This document shows positions 53,590 to 64,000 of a DNA stretch of 64,000 bases, piece after piece (position 1 is the stretch's first letter; each line of letters begins with the position of its first letter). The notes under the pieces were generated by a model. The model did no database searches. It was not told where the DNA came from and saw only the letters and a list, made by a program, of their open reading frames with translations. Origin of the DNA: Gnetum montanum (lineage: Eukaryota; Plantae; Gnetophyta); NCBI GenBank assembly GCA_015680685.1, contig MNCI01002227.1, positions 439,223-503,222 on the forward strand. Direction: 5' to 3'. The translations under genes and the position numbers were made by a program.

Positions 53590-55120
53590 TGAAACACCAC
53601 CAAATCCAAACTACAACATCCTAACTGCAAATTTGTCTAAGTGTCAGCATAAGGCCATTTTTTGTAGATTTTTTCTCTAAGTGTTGGGACTACACTCTCC
53701 ACTACCCTAGAGCATAGTCAACCTCTCGTGGAGAGCATAGTTAACACAAAGGCTAGGTTTGTAATTTTTTCTAAGTATCAACACAAAGCCAATTGCTGTA
53801 AAGTTTTCTACGTGCTTGGACTATGCTCTTCACTATCACAAAGTGTAGTCAACTTCTCATGGAGAGCATAGTCAGCACAAACCCAATTTTTTGTAGTTTT
53901 CTCTAAGTGCTAAGACGACACTCTCCATTGTCCCAGAGTGTAGTTAGCCTCCAATGGAGAGCATAGTCAACAAAAAGGTAGCTTTTCACAAGTTTTGGCA
54001 AGTCCCAAACTATGCTCAACCCTAGTTGGGAGCATAGTTAGCCTTTTGTGAGGAGTGTAATCTACCAAAAAACCTAGATTCCACCAGCATTGAGACTAAG
54101 CTCTCCCCCAATCAATAGTATAGTCAGAAGGAAGCAAGTTTTTTGCAAAATTTATTTTAAGTCCTGGAACTACACTCCCCACTACCCTAGAGCATAGTCA
54201 ACCCTTAGTGGAAAGTGTAGTTAGCTAGAACAGCCTTCGACGGCCTCCACAACATAGCAATGACATACTAATGCAGTAAACTCATCCTTGGTGAGTGTAG
54301 TTAGCAAAATATTTCTCTCTCTTACATTCCCTCTTGCCCAAAATTGTAACTATGCTCAACCCCACCAGCCCAATAGAGAGCATAGTTGGGTAAGAGTGTA
54401 GTCCCAACCATTTCCTCTGCCATGTGGCAACCATGCCACATTTTTCACTAACCCTAACCCTATAAATACCCTATGCCCTCAACGTTTTTAGGATTGGCAT
54501 TTTGGTAAGTTAAGGATTGGTAAATTTTTGGGTTAGCATTTGGTGAGGTTTTAGACAACCATAGCTCCACCACAGCCCAATAGAACATTGTAATCCACAG
54601 TACACCACAGTGGCCAATTTAGTAGATGTAGACACCACAACAAGCATTAGTCTTTGTGACCAAATACCTCCAAGATTGTGACTACACTCTCCACTATGCT
54701 TGTTGTATCCTGTGTGCCTTCTAACTCCTTTTGGTATTAACTACGCTCAACCCTATTTGGGATGGTGTTCTACTTCTCTCTCTCTTTGCATTTTTAGCTT
54801 TTCATTTGCATTTTTTATTATTTCATCGCATAACTACACCTACAACTACACTCAAGCAGTGGTCCTTGCATGCTGACATCCTCATTTTCGTTGAAAAACT
54901 TGACTATGCTCAACACTATTTGAACACTTAGCACCATTTCACATCAACATCACGGTTAACCATGTTGCACCTCAATTACATTTGGTAAGTCCCTATTCAA
55001 TTGACAAGACTATTTAGGGCACCTTGTCTCTGCCTCCAGCAGGCCCTCGCATGGATTCGAGGTTAGGCTATGCACCTGTCAACCTTGGTGTTCTAGCCAC
55101 CAACATTTTTGGTTGCCACA
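53590..55120 (+). repeat. Element D 3' LTR
   Basis: Direct repeat of 27194-28706; preceded by AACAAAGAGAGGCTAA. Confidence 0.95.
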
Positions 55121-55125
55121 AGTTT

Positions 55126-56100
55126 CAACGAAGATGAATTTAGGTAGGTTGACAAGGAATTATCCGCTAAGAACTATGTATGCCCTAAACAAAAAGAATG
55201 TGATCTTACTAGGTCTTACCATTAGCTATCTTAAAGTGGATCCTTTTAGCTTAGAGAAACTTACTATATTTCTTCTTGTCTACTCTATTATACCATTACA
55301 TTAACTTATTCGTACTTTCTTAGTTTATTTAATTGAATACCTTTGTAATTTACGTATTGAAGCAACACCAAGAAAATAAATGTTGAAATCTTCTTTAGCA
55401 TTATAACCTTCACCCCTATACTTGAGGCTTAATTTTTATTGTAAAATGTGAGGTTTGTAGCCCATGAGTTTCAATCTTACATACTTGGACTTTTAAGGTT
55501 GAAAAATGCCTCATAAGTTGTTGTAGCCTTACTTCCTAAGTGGAAAAAGTCACATCATTTCTATATTTGGGCTTGTGAAGGCTAAAAATGCCTAGGGAAT
55601 TATCAAATTTGGTATTTTCATGGGTATTTGTGGGGATATAGCCCCAACTATGATGGAACCACCTACACCTAGTGTTGGTGGTGTTGGATTTTTAGTTTCC
55701 TAGTAAAACTTAGTGTAGTTGTCACAAAAACTAGTGTGGATGCCATAAGGTCAATGTTGAAGTTGGTGGGATTTTTATCATGGCATTAAGTCAACCTTGG
55801 AGGGGCTGAAGATTTCATTCTTCTAGCTAGACCAACATTTTTCCATCAGTTTCAAAATGGATCACAAAGTTCTAATGTTGTTCCCATGAGGCTAGTGTAG
55901 ATGGGTGAAGCCAACATGGTTGGAAAAGTTTGTTTACTATTTTTGGTTTCTAGAGCAGTTTTGGTGGCTTGGGTGCATTAAAACTTATCAAAAATAGACA
56001 ACTACATTGGAAATCATGCCCTACCATGATTGCAAATCAAGCCAATCTATTAGTAATCATGGTAGAAATTTACAGCCAAAAACCAATAACCATGAGACCT
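55126..56100 (-). pseudogene. Element C accessory ORF, 5' part
   Basis: Collinear with B 17660-18360; joins 27193 in frame. Confidence 0.7.
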
Positions 56101-56469
56101 ATAAATGCAAGTCTTAAATACATTGAATAGGTTCCTACACCTTAGCAAATTTTGGGGTTAGAAAAAATTTTAAAGTCAAAAAAATTTGGTGTTAGAAAAA
56201 ATTTTGGGGTTAGGAAAAATTTTGTTGAGATCTTGTGCGATTAATGAAAAAATGAAATAGGAAAGCAGAGGAGGAAAAAGTTAAAAAATAGAATGAAGAA
56301 AAAGCTCAAATTGACATTAACAAAGCAAAGCTAAAACATAAAACATTTTTGGGGATTCTTACCCCTCATTAGTATGTATTAAGCTAAGATGTGCACTATC
56401 AAGAGCACAAGTGCCTGATTTATAGTGTCCTAACTTAGTTAAATCTAAAATTTGAAGGCAAAATAAAAT

Positions 56470-58240
56470 TTAACTAGGCCCCACTCGTTTAGTTTGAAGT
56501 GGGGGTGGGATGCAGCACTTGAATCTATTTCTAACAAGGAGCAAATGTAGCTTTCTAGCATTTCACGAGCAAGCAACCACATCTGGAATGATGTTCTGGA
56601 GAGTTGGACCTTTTTGGTGAAGCCGATCAAGTATAGGGTTTTGGAGGGTCCTCACATTCAAGGATTTAGTAGAAGTACTAAAATCCAATTTGAAGATAAG
56701 AGGGGTTAATTTCCTAACAAAAACGTCATTACTTTGTTGAAGTTTAGCCAGAAGTGATCCATGTGAAGTAGCAAAAACAAGGTTGAAGCATTTAACTAGT
56801 AGGCAAGAAGGGTACCCTCAAGCATGAAGTCATCAGAAGAGTTGTTGTCGAATTTGTTGAACATCGTAAAGAAATGATTCCCTGATGAGGTATCATTTAA
56901 GTTTTGCAATGATGAATGCTTTCTTCTATGGAAAGAATGCCATGAGGAGAAAGGGATGTACTTGTATGCATTCAAGGATTTCTGGTAACACTTAATAGAA
57001 AGGATACTAGTGTTAATGAAATGAGGATCCTTGAAAAAAGTAACATCCAAAATATTAACTGTAGAATCAAAAATAGTGGGGGTAATGTTGATTGATGGAT
57101 AAATATTACCATCATCAAGGAATCTTTTGAAATATAAAAAAATTTTGGAATTAGGAGCTATGAAAAATTGTCTTTCGAGATGGCACAAAAAAAGGCATGT
57201 GTAGACAATGGTGAAGTTGCTACCCATTGTAGTGCCTCTGATCTGTTTATATTGAACTCCATTGAATTCCAAGTAGTGAAGCACCAATGAAGTGAGCTCC
57301 AAAATGATGTTGCTTTAGAGATTCTTCAAGGGGAATGGATTTGTAAAAAAATATGTTTCAACCATATCTTTAAGGGTAGCAATGCCATGATCGGTAGGGA
57401 TGCTGGGGTAAAGAGATTCTATATCAAATGTAAATAAAAGTACGTTAAGAGTTAGAACTTTTGAGTGGAGATCATGGATCAAGGCAAATGAATCTTGAAG
57501 GTGATATGGTTAGGAACAAAGGATAAAAAACAAAAAATAATGGAGGAAACGAGAGGCAGGTTCAAGCACATAATCCATGTAGGAACAAATTGGGTGGCCA
57601 ACCATTACAAGTTTGTGAATTTTAGGGATTAAATAGAAATTACAAGGTTTGGAGGCCTTGTATTAAAGCATTTAATCTTTAAAATTATTGAAAACCTGTG
57701 GGTAATGATTGATGATAAAAACAATCAATGATGAAGATCATCCCATAGAATACAATCCACACGCAAGTAAACATTCGAATCAGAAAGTTTCCTGGGTACT
57801 TTTTGAAGATACCAAGAGGAATCTAGAACACAAACTCCAAGATTTTTATCCACGGGCCAAATAACGATGCTCATGTCTTTTTGAAGTTTTGCTTCAAGGG
57901 AAGCAAGGCAATTGTAAATGTAATTTTCTAACTCAGGATTGAAATTGGTAATTGGAAGATTCCAATTGTTACATCAGTAGAGTTTTAGTTTAGCAATCTA
58001 AGTTACCATAATAAATGGTGAAGATGAAAATGTATTTTCAAGTTTATTTTTAAAGAAATTTTGAAGAGGAAAAAGTTGAGCAAAAGTGATGAATTCTTTG
58101 AAAATGGAGTTTCAATCCATGGGAAGAGGTCAAGGGATGAGTTTAAGTCCAAAGCCTAGAACTTTACTTTTGTTTGTTGAAATAGTATGTGATGAAAAGT
58201 TATGGATCATGAAATTAGAGATGTGATTTTTTATTTTGCA
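56470..58240 (-). pseudogene. Penelope-type reverse transcriptase (copy 1); no GIY-YIG seen
   Basis: DKNLG, FYLIPKIHK, FDIESLYPSIP, YKQIRGTTMGSNF, YFKRFLDD, YQKSLNAYKYIPFSSWH; ends ...VVACS*NARKLHLLLVRNRF. Confidence 0.92.
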
Positions 58241-59069
58241 AACTATTTTACATGTGAAAAGAAAATGTACGTATGATATCTAGTTTATGGTAGGCAACTA
58301 GAAGTTTAAATGCGATCGTGGTGAGGAGTTTTGGACGTGCAGTGCAAAATTTGACAAGTGGAGTGTATAGCTAGTGGCGTAGATAGCACAAAAGTTAGAC
58401 TTGACAAAGGGTTGTTTGGGGTAAAGCCTAAAAGTAATGACCCAGAGGCAACTGGTGTGGAGGTTAAGGTGACTGAAAAATGAAAGGGAGTAGTTGAAGG
58501 GGGTGGATGGGGATGGGTTTGAGTTGTGTTGGGATGTGGCAGAGGGTTTTGGTTTAGTGCTTGAATGTGGGGCCCAACTTGTAGTGAATTGGTACAGGCT
58601 GGATGCTTCAAGTTTAAATTTTCATTTGATTTTTCCCTCCATCATTTACAAAGATATTGTTAATAAAATCATCATTTACAAATCTGTCGTTCTGATGTGA
58701 ACCTTGAAAACTCTACATATTGTCATTATTGCTAGAGTTGTTGCCACTAGCCCTGCTACCACCTTCGTTGACATCGCTGTTAAAAGAGTAATTACCACCA
58801 TTGTTAAAAAACTGATTACCACCGCTGTTAAAAAGCTGGTTGAAGTATCTATTGTGGTCAAGACCTAGGAAAGGCATGCCATCTATTATCTAACATGTGC
58901 AGGGTTGAATTTGTTGTTGGTCATCTCACAGATCATGCAAGCTACCTCAGGCATTGTGAACGTTGCACATGCTACCACCTCGCTCGTCATCACTGTGCAC
59001 ACTAGAAAAACCCTGCAAATCCTAAAAACCAAGATGTGAGCTAGAGAACAAAAATTCACCACGATTCAT

Positions 59070-60433
59070 AGCCAATTGCCTGCAGATTGCAGACCTGCCA
59101 TTTTTGAAATTTGTCTGCACACCACAATCGGGCTACTGTAAGTGAGATCCAGGGTTAGGTTGATTTGGCTATCATTGTTGACACCATTGATTTTGACCAG
59201 AATATGGTTGCTATTGTTGTATTTTCTATTGTTGATTTGCCTGCTGCTGATGAAGATTATTCTATTTTTTTTGCCATCATGCAGTGGATTGAGGTTGCTA
59301 CAGATTTGGCAGAGACAGATCGGGGTTAAGCTTAGAACTAGATGACTATTGTTGTTGCAAGAAACCATCCTCTGCTTATGTGCTGCAATTCTACCATTTT
59401 TCATCTTTTTAATGCTAGTTTCAACACAAAGAAAAATTTGGAGAAATGACACCACAATCTTTCAGCCATTTCCCAAATTTTTGAAACGTTGCATCCCACT
59501 CCTGATGCATAGATTTTTTATAGACTTCCTTGACCGTGGGCAAGGGATCAAGGTGGTCTACCTTAGGTTTGGCGGTGGATGCTACATTTTTGTGTTATTC
59601 CTCTACTTTTTTTCGAGCATCAATGCGAATGTCAAATTGAAGATGTTCGTTGATGAAAGCCTCCTCCAATTTCTTAGTACATGCCTACATTAGAGCGTTT
59701 TGAAATGGGGTTGGTTGTTGAATGAAAAAAATGCATTCAACCAGCTTTTGCACAACATCATGTGGGAAGGACTCCACATTTTAATGATGAGCTTTGGCTG
59801 AGATAGTTTCAACATGGAGGTAGTCTTCTTGGAGCCTAAGGTTGTGCTTATGCTAAAGCATCGAAAATTCTTAGTGTAGGCTGGTGTCATATTTTGGAAA
59901 AGAGGCTTTGAGACTAAGAGCTAAAATTCGAAGATTATGAACAAGCAATGTTTTAGAATGAAGCTACTCAATTTTTTTCTTGGTCCTACAAGAGCAATCA
60001 GCAACATAAAGGTGTTTTCGACAACCTTTAGCTACTTTCAGGATCATTTCCTACAAAACATTAGGAATTACAGTAGAATCATCATAGACAGGAATAGAGG
60101 CTTGAGCATCATGAAGTTGTTGTCAGAGAACAACACATTGTGAATGAGGTTCCAAAAGTTGTTGAAAAAGAGAGAGATTAGAGCAAAGTTCATCAACTTC
60201 GTGTTTCCTCCTAGAAAAGGTATCAAGAAATGCTGCTGTATAACCAAAGGGATCATCTTGAACTGATTGATTCATAAGACATGAACCTAAAGCTAGATTC
60301 ATGTCATGTTCTAATGTAGGATCTAGTGTACGTAATTTTTTTCATGATGAACATGCAAAAGGATCTAAATTCAACTCATGCTAAGAACCTGCAAGGGTTG
60401 ATTAATCGAGAGCAAATGAAGGCTAACCTATAA
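59070..60433 (+). pseudogene. Unknown ORF (~400+ codons) divergent from the PLE RT, copy 1
   Basis: Frame conserved with 60690-61700 (minus); stops mostly explicable as C>T decay of CAG/CGA/CAA; conservative substitutions between copies. Confidence 0.6.
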
Positions 60434-60689
60434 AGCTCATTTTTGTTAGGCAGTAAGATAAACAAAAAATTTTGTTAAGATCTTGTGTGGCTAACGAAAA
60501 GACAAAATAGGAAAGTATAGGAAAAATTTAAAAACAAAATGAAGAAAAAAGATAAAATTGACATTAACAAATTTTGGGGTTAGAAAAATTTTTTTGGGGC
60601 TAGAAAAAAATTTTTAAGTTAATTTTTTTTAAAATTATAAAAACCTTTATCCAAACGATGACACTATGCAAAAGCTGGTTGCATAGCAT

Positions 60690-61700
60690 CATAATGATTC
60701 TACTACAATTCCTTATGTTTTGCAAGAAATGATTTAGATGATAGCTAAAGTCTTTCAGAAACACCTTTATGTTGTTGATCACTCTTGTTAGACTAAGAAA
60801 TGAATCAAGCAACTTCATTCTAAAAGGTTGTTTGTTTATAATCTTCGAATTTCAACTCCTAGTCTTAAAGCCTCTTCTCCAGAAGGTGATGCCAACCTCT
60901 AGCAATAATTTTTGATGCTTTAGCATGAATATAACCTTAGGATCCAAAAATCCTACCTCCATGCTGAAACCATCTTAACCGAAGCTCATCGTTTAAAGGT
61001 GGAGTGCTTCCCACATGATGCTGTGAAAAAGTTGGTTGAATGCATTTCTTACATTTAACAACAACCAACCCCATTTTAGAACGCTCTAATGCAAGCATGC
61101 ACAAAGAAACTAAAGGAGGCTTTTATCAAAGAACGTCTTAAATTTTAAATTTACGTTGATGATCGAAGAAAAGCAAAGGAACAACACAAGAATGCAACGT
61201 TTGTCACCGAAGCTAAGGTAGATTACCTTGATCCCCTGCCCATGGTCAAGGAAATCTATAAAGAAATTGTGCTTCAAGAGTGGGATGCAATGTTTCAAAA
61301 ATTTTGGGAATGGCTAAAAGATTGTAGTACCATTCCTCCAAATTTTTCTCTGCATTGAAAGTAGTATTAAAAATGCCAAAAATGATAGAATCGTACCATG
61401 CAGACAGATGGTAGTTTCTTGTAGCAGCAATAGTCATTGGGTTCTAAGCCTAACCTCGATCTGTCCTTGCCAGATTTGCAGCAACCTCAGTCCATCGCAC
61501 AACGATAAAGACATCAAAAAAATCTTCATCAGTACCAGGAAAATCAACAATAGAAAATACAACAATAGTAGCCAAATTCTGGTTAAAACCAATGGCATCA
61601 ATAGCGGTGGCCAAATCAACCTAACCTTGGATCTCACTTATGGTAGCCCGATTGCGATGTGAAGAAAAATTTCAGAAATAGCAAGTTTGTAACACGTGGG
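60690..61700 (-). pseudogene. Unknown ORF divergent from the PLE RT, copy 2 (truncated)
   Basis: e.g. EKNLEEWYYNLLAIPKIFETLHPTLEAQFLYRFP vs copy 1 KKNLEK*HHNLSAISQIFETLHPTPDA*IFYRLP. Confidence 0.6.
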
Positions 61701-62599
61701 CAATCAGCTGTGAATTATGATGATTTTTGTTCTCTGGCTTATGTTAGGGTCTTTAGAACCCTGATTTGTGTCAGGGTTTTCAAGGATTGTAGGGTTTTTT
61801 TGGCGCACGTGGCGATGATGGGTGAGGTGGTAGAGCACGCGGTGCATGTGGTGGTGGCATGCACAATGTTCATGATGCCTAAGATAGCTTGCATAATGCA
61901 CGAGGTGGCGTATGAGGTAGTGGTGCATGAGGTAACCAATGGTAGAGTCAACCTCATGTGCATTAGGAAATAGGTGGCATGTCTTTCTCTTATCACAACT
62001 ACGGCAAATGCTTCAACTAGTTTTTTAACAGTAGTAGTAATCAGTCTTTCAATAGTGATGTTAGTGATGGCAGCATTAAGGCTAGTAGAAATGGCAATCT
62101 ACAGGGTTTTTAGGGTTCACATCAAGATGACGAATTCGTAAATAATGGTGTGGTTAACAATGGTTTTGTTAATAATAGCTTTGTAAATGATAGAGGGAAA
62201 AAATCAAATGAAAATTTAAACTTAAAGCGTCCAACCTCTACTAATTCACCATTGGCTAGGCCGCACATTCAAGCACTAAACCAAAATCCTCTACCACATC
62301 CCAACACAACATAAACCCATCCCTATCCACCCCTTTCAACCACTCCCTTTCATTTTTTAGTGACATTGACCTCCACACCAGTTGTCTTTGGGCCATTACT
62401 TTTGGTCTATACCCTAAGCAACCCTCCACCAAGTCTAACTTCTATGCTATTTGTGCCACTGCTCGTACACTCTACCCATCGAATTTTTCACTGCACATCC
62501 AAAACTACTCACCATGATCGCGTTTAAACTTCTAGTTACTAGCCATCAACCAAACATTGTACACATGTTTGCTTTTCGCATGTAAAGTAGTTTGCAAAA

Positions 62600-64000
62600 T
62601 TGAAAATCACATCTCTAATTTCGTAATCCATAACTTTTCATCATGCACTGTTTCAGCAAAAAAAAATTAAAGTTCTAGGGTTTAGACTTAAATTCATCGC
62701 TTGGCCTCTTCCCACAGATTGAAACTCCAGTTTCAAAGAATTCACCGTGTTTGCTCAGCTTCTTCGTCTTTGGAATTTATTTAAAAATAAACATGAAAAT
62801 ACATTTTCATCTTTATCTTTTATTGTGGCAGCTTAGATTACTAAAATGAAACTTGATTGATGTAACAACTGGAATCCTTTAATTAACAGTTTTAATCCCA
62901 AGCTCGAAAATTACATTTGTAATTGCCTTGCTTCCCTTAAATATGCACTCTTGTGTATTGATTTTAGTAGCCAACTGCCTCTCCCTCATCATCTTCTTAG
63001 AGCACTCTAAAAACTTCAAAGAGACACGAGCATCGTCATTTGGCTTGTGGATAAAAATATTGGAGTTTGTGTTTTGGATTCCTCTTGGTATCTTCAAGAA
63101 GCAACCAGGCAATTTTCTGATTCAGATGTTTACTTGCATGTGGATTCTGTTCTGTGGGATGATCTTCATCGTTGATTTTTTTCTATCATCAATCATTACC
63201 CATAGGTTTTCAATAATTTTAAGGATTCAATGTTTCAATACAATGCCTCCAAACCTTGTAATTTCTATTTAATCCCTAAAATTCACAAACCTGTAATGGT
63301 TGGCCACCTAATTTGCTCTTACATGGGTTATGTGCTTGAACCCACCTCTTGCCTTCCCCATTATTTTTTGTTTTATATCCTTTGTTCCTAACCATATCAC
63401 CTTCAAAATTCATCTACCTTGATCTGTGATCTTCACTCAACAGTTCTATCTCTTAACATACTTCTGTTTATATTTGATGTAGAATCTCATTACTCTAGCA
63501 TCCCCACCAATCATGGCATTTCTGCCCTTAAAGATATGGTCAAAACATATTTTTCTACAAACCCATTTCCCTTGTAGAATCTATATAGAAATGCCATTCT
63601 GGAGCTCATTTCATTAGTGCTTCAAGAGCACTACTTGGAATTTAATGGAGTTCAATATAAACATATGAGAGGCACTGCAATGGGTAGAAACTTCATTGTT
63701 GTCTACGCATGCTTTTTTCTATTTTATCTCGAAAGAAAAGTTTTCATGACTCCCAATTCCCAAAATATTTTGTATTTCAAAAGATTCATTAATGATGCTT
63801 TTAGCATTTGGAATGGCTCTAAAGATTCCTTTTCACTTTTTCTCTCCTGATATGGTAATGTTTATCCATCAATCAACATTACCCCCACCATTTCTAATTC
63901 TGTAGTGAATATTTTGGACGTTACTTTCTTTAAGGATCTTCATTTTGTTAACACTAGTATCCTTTCTACTAAGTGTTATCAAAAACCCTTGAATGCATAT
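62600..64000 (+). pseudogene. Penelope-type reverse transcriptase (copy 2, partial)
   Basis: IHNFS..KVLG..LKFI N-terminal motif, VDKNIGVCVLDSSWY, FYLIPKIHKP, YKHMRGTAMG, YFKRFINDAFSIWNG. Confidence 0.92.

Larger units (their letters stand above)
27194..55120 (+). mobile_element. Element D: non-autonomous Tat/Ogre-like LTR element (gag-PR only), interrupted by E
   Basis: LTRs TGAAACACC...GCCACA; TSD AGTTT (27189-27193 / 55121-55125); PBS; PPT 53574-53589. Confidence 0.93.
24179..56147 (-). mobile_element. Element C: old Athila-like element related to B, interrupted by element D and truncated by the PLE
   Basis: 3' LTR 24179-24991, decayed PPT 24992-25006; accessory ORF in 25200-27193 continues in frame at 55126-56100 once D and its TSD are removed (PKFIFVETKKHLKES). 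Confidence 0.85.
56148..60630 (-). mobile_element. Penelope-like element copy 1 (endonuclease-lacking type) with pseudo-LTRs and a repetitive tail
   Basis: PLE RT motifs; ~105-bp direct repeat at 56218-56323 and 60464-60571; TTTTGGGGTTAGAAAAA tandem tail 56148-56220, repeated at 60571-60620. Confidence 0.85.
60690..64000 (+). mobile_element. Penelope-like element copy 2, inverted relative to copy 1, 5'-truncated, runs off the window end
   Basis: 60690-64000 is the diverged reverse complement of ~56965-60085. Confidence 0.9.

Noticed and set aside
55121-55127. Apparent GTTTCA terminal inverted repeat extending D's 3' LTR
   Set aside because: AGTTT is the TSD and CA belongs to element C's ORF; the LTR ends at 55120, so D is symmetric
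58306-58611. Pro/Thr-rich ORF upstream of the PLE RT as a possible N-terminal endonuclease or ORF1
   Set aside because: No GIY-YIG motif recognisable and the frame is interrupted in copy 2; coding status cannot be supported
56148-60630. Permuted direct repeats suggesting a DIRS/Ngaro element
   Set aside because: RT motifs are Penelope-type and no tyrosine recombinase or RNase H is visible

Overview
A gene-free, AT-rich, heavily CpG/CHG-eroded stack of nested retroelements from a large land-plant genome (inference: PBS types, Athila- and Tat/Ogre-type Ty3/gypsy proteins and Penelope-like RTs suggest a non-angiosperm vascular plant). No intact host gene or intact TE ORF is visible. Layout: a truncated Athila-like LTR (1-559); old AT-rich background with a foldback repeat and a tRNA-type SINE head; Athila-like element A (3503-11849, minus, TSD ATATG; gag-PR-RT, RH/INT deleted); Athila-like element B (12172-21532, plus, TSD ATCAT; gag plus an accessory env-like ORF, no pol); Athila-like element C (24179-~56147, minus), split by Tat/Ogre-like element D (27194-55120, TSD AGTTT; gag-PR only), which is itself split by Tat/Ogre-like element E (33375-52829, minus, TSD TAGCC; gag-PR // RT-RH-aRH-INT); and two diverged, head-to-head Penelope-like elements (~56148-64000). 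Three things stand out. (1) In the Athila-like family the PBS-adjacent 5' LTR lacks the same 10 nt that form the integrated end of the 3' LTR. (2) Element E carries a multi-intron antisense gene inside a ~6.4 kb PR-RT intervening region. (3) The Penelope-like element lacks an endonuclease, has a telomere-like tail and carries a conserved divergent ORF of unknown function. ORF coordinates for degenerate genes are approximate; all alignments and translations were done by eye.
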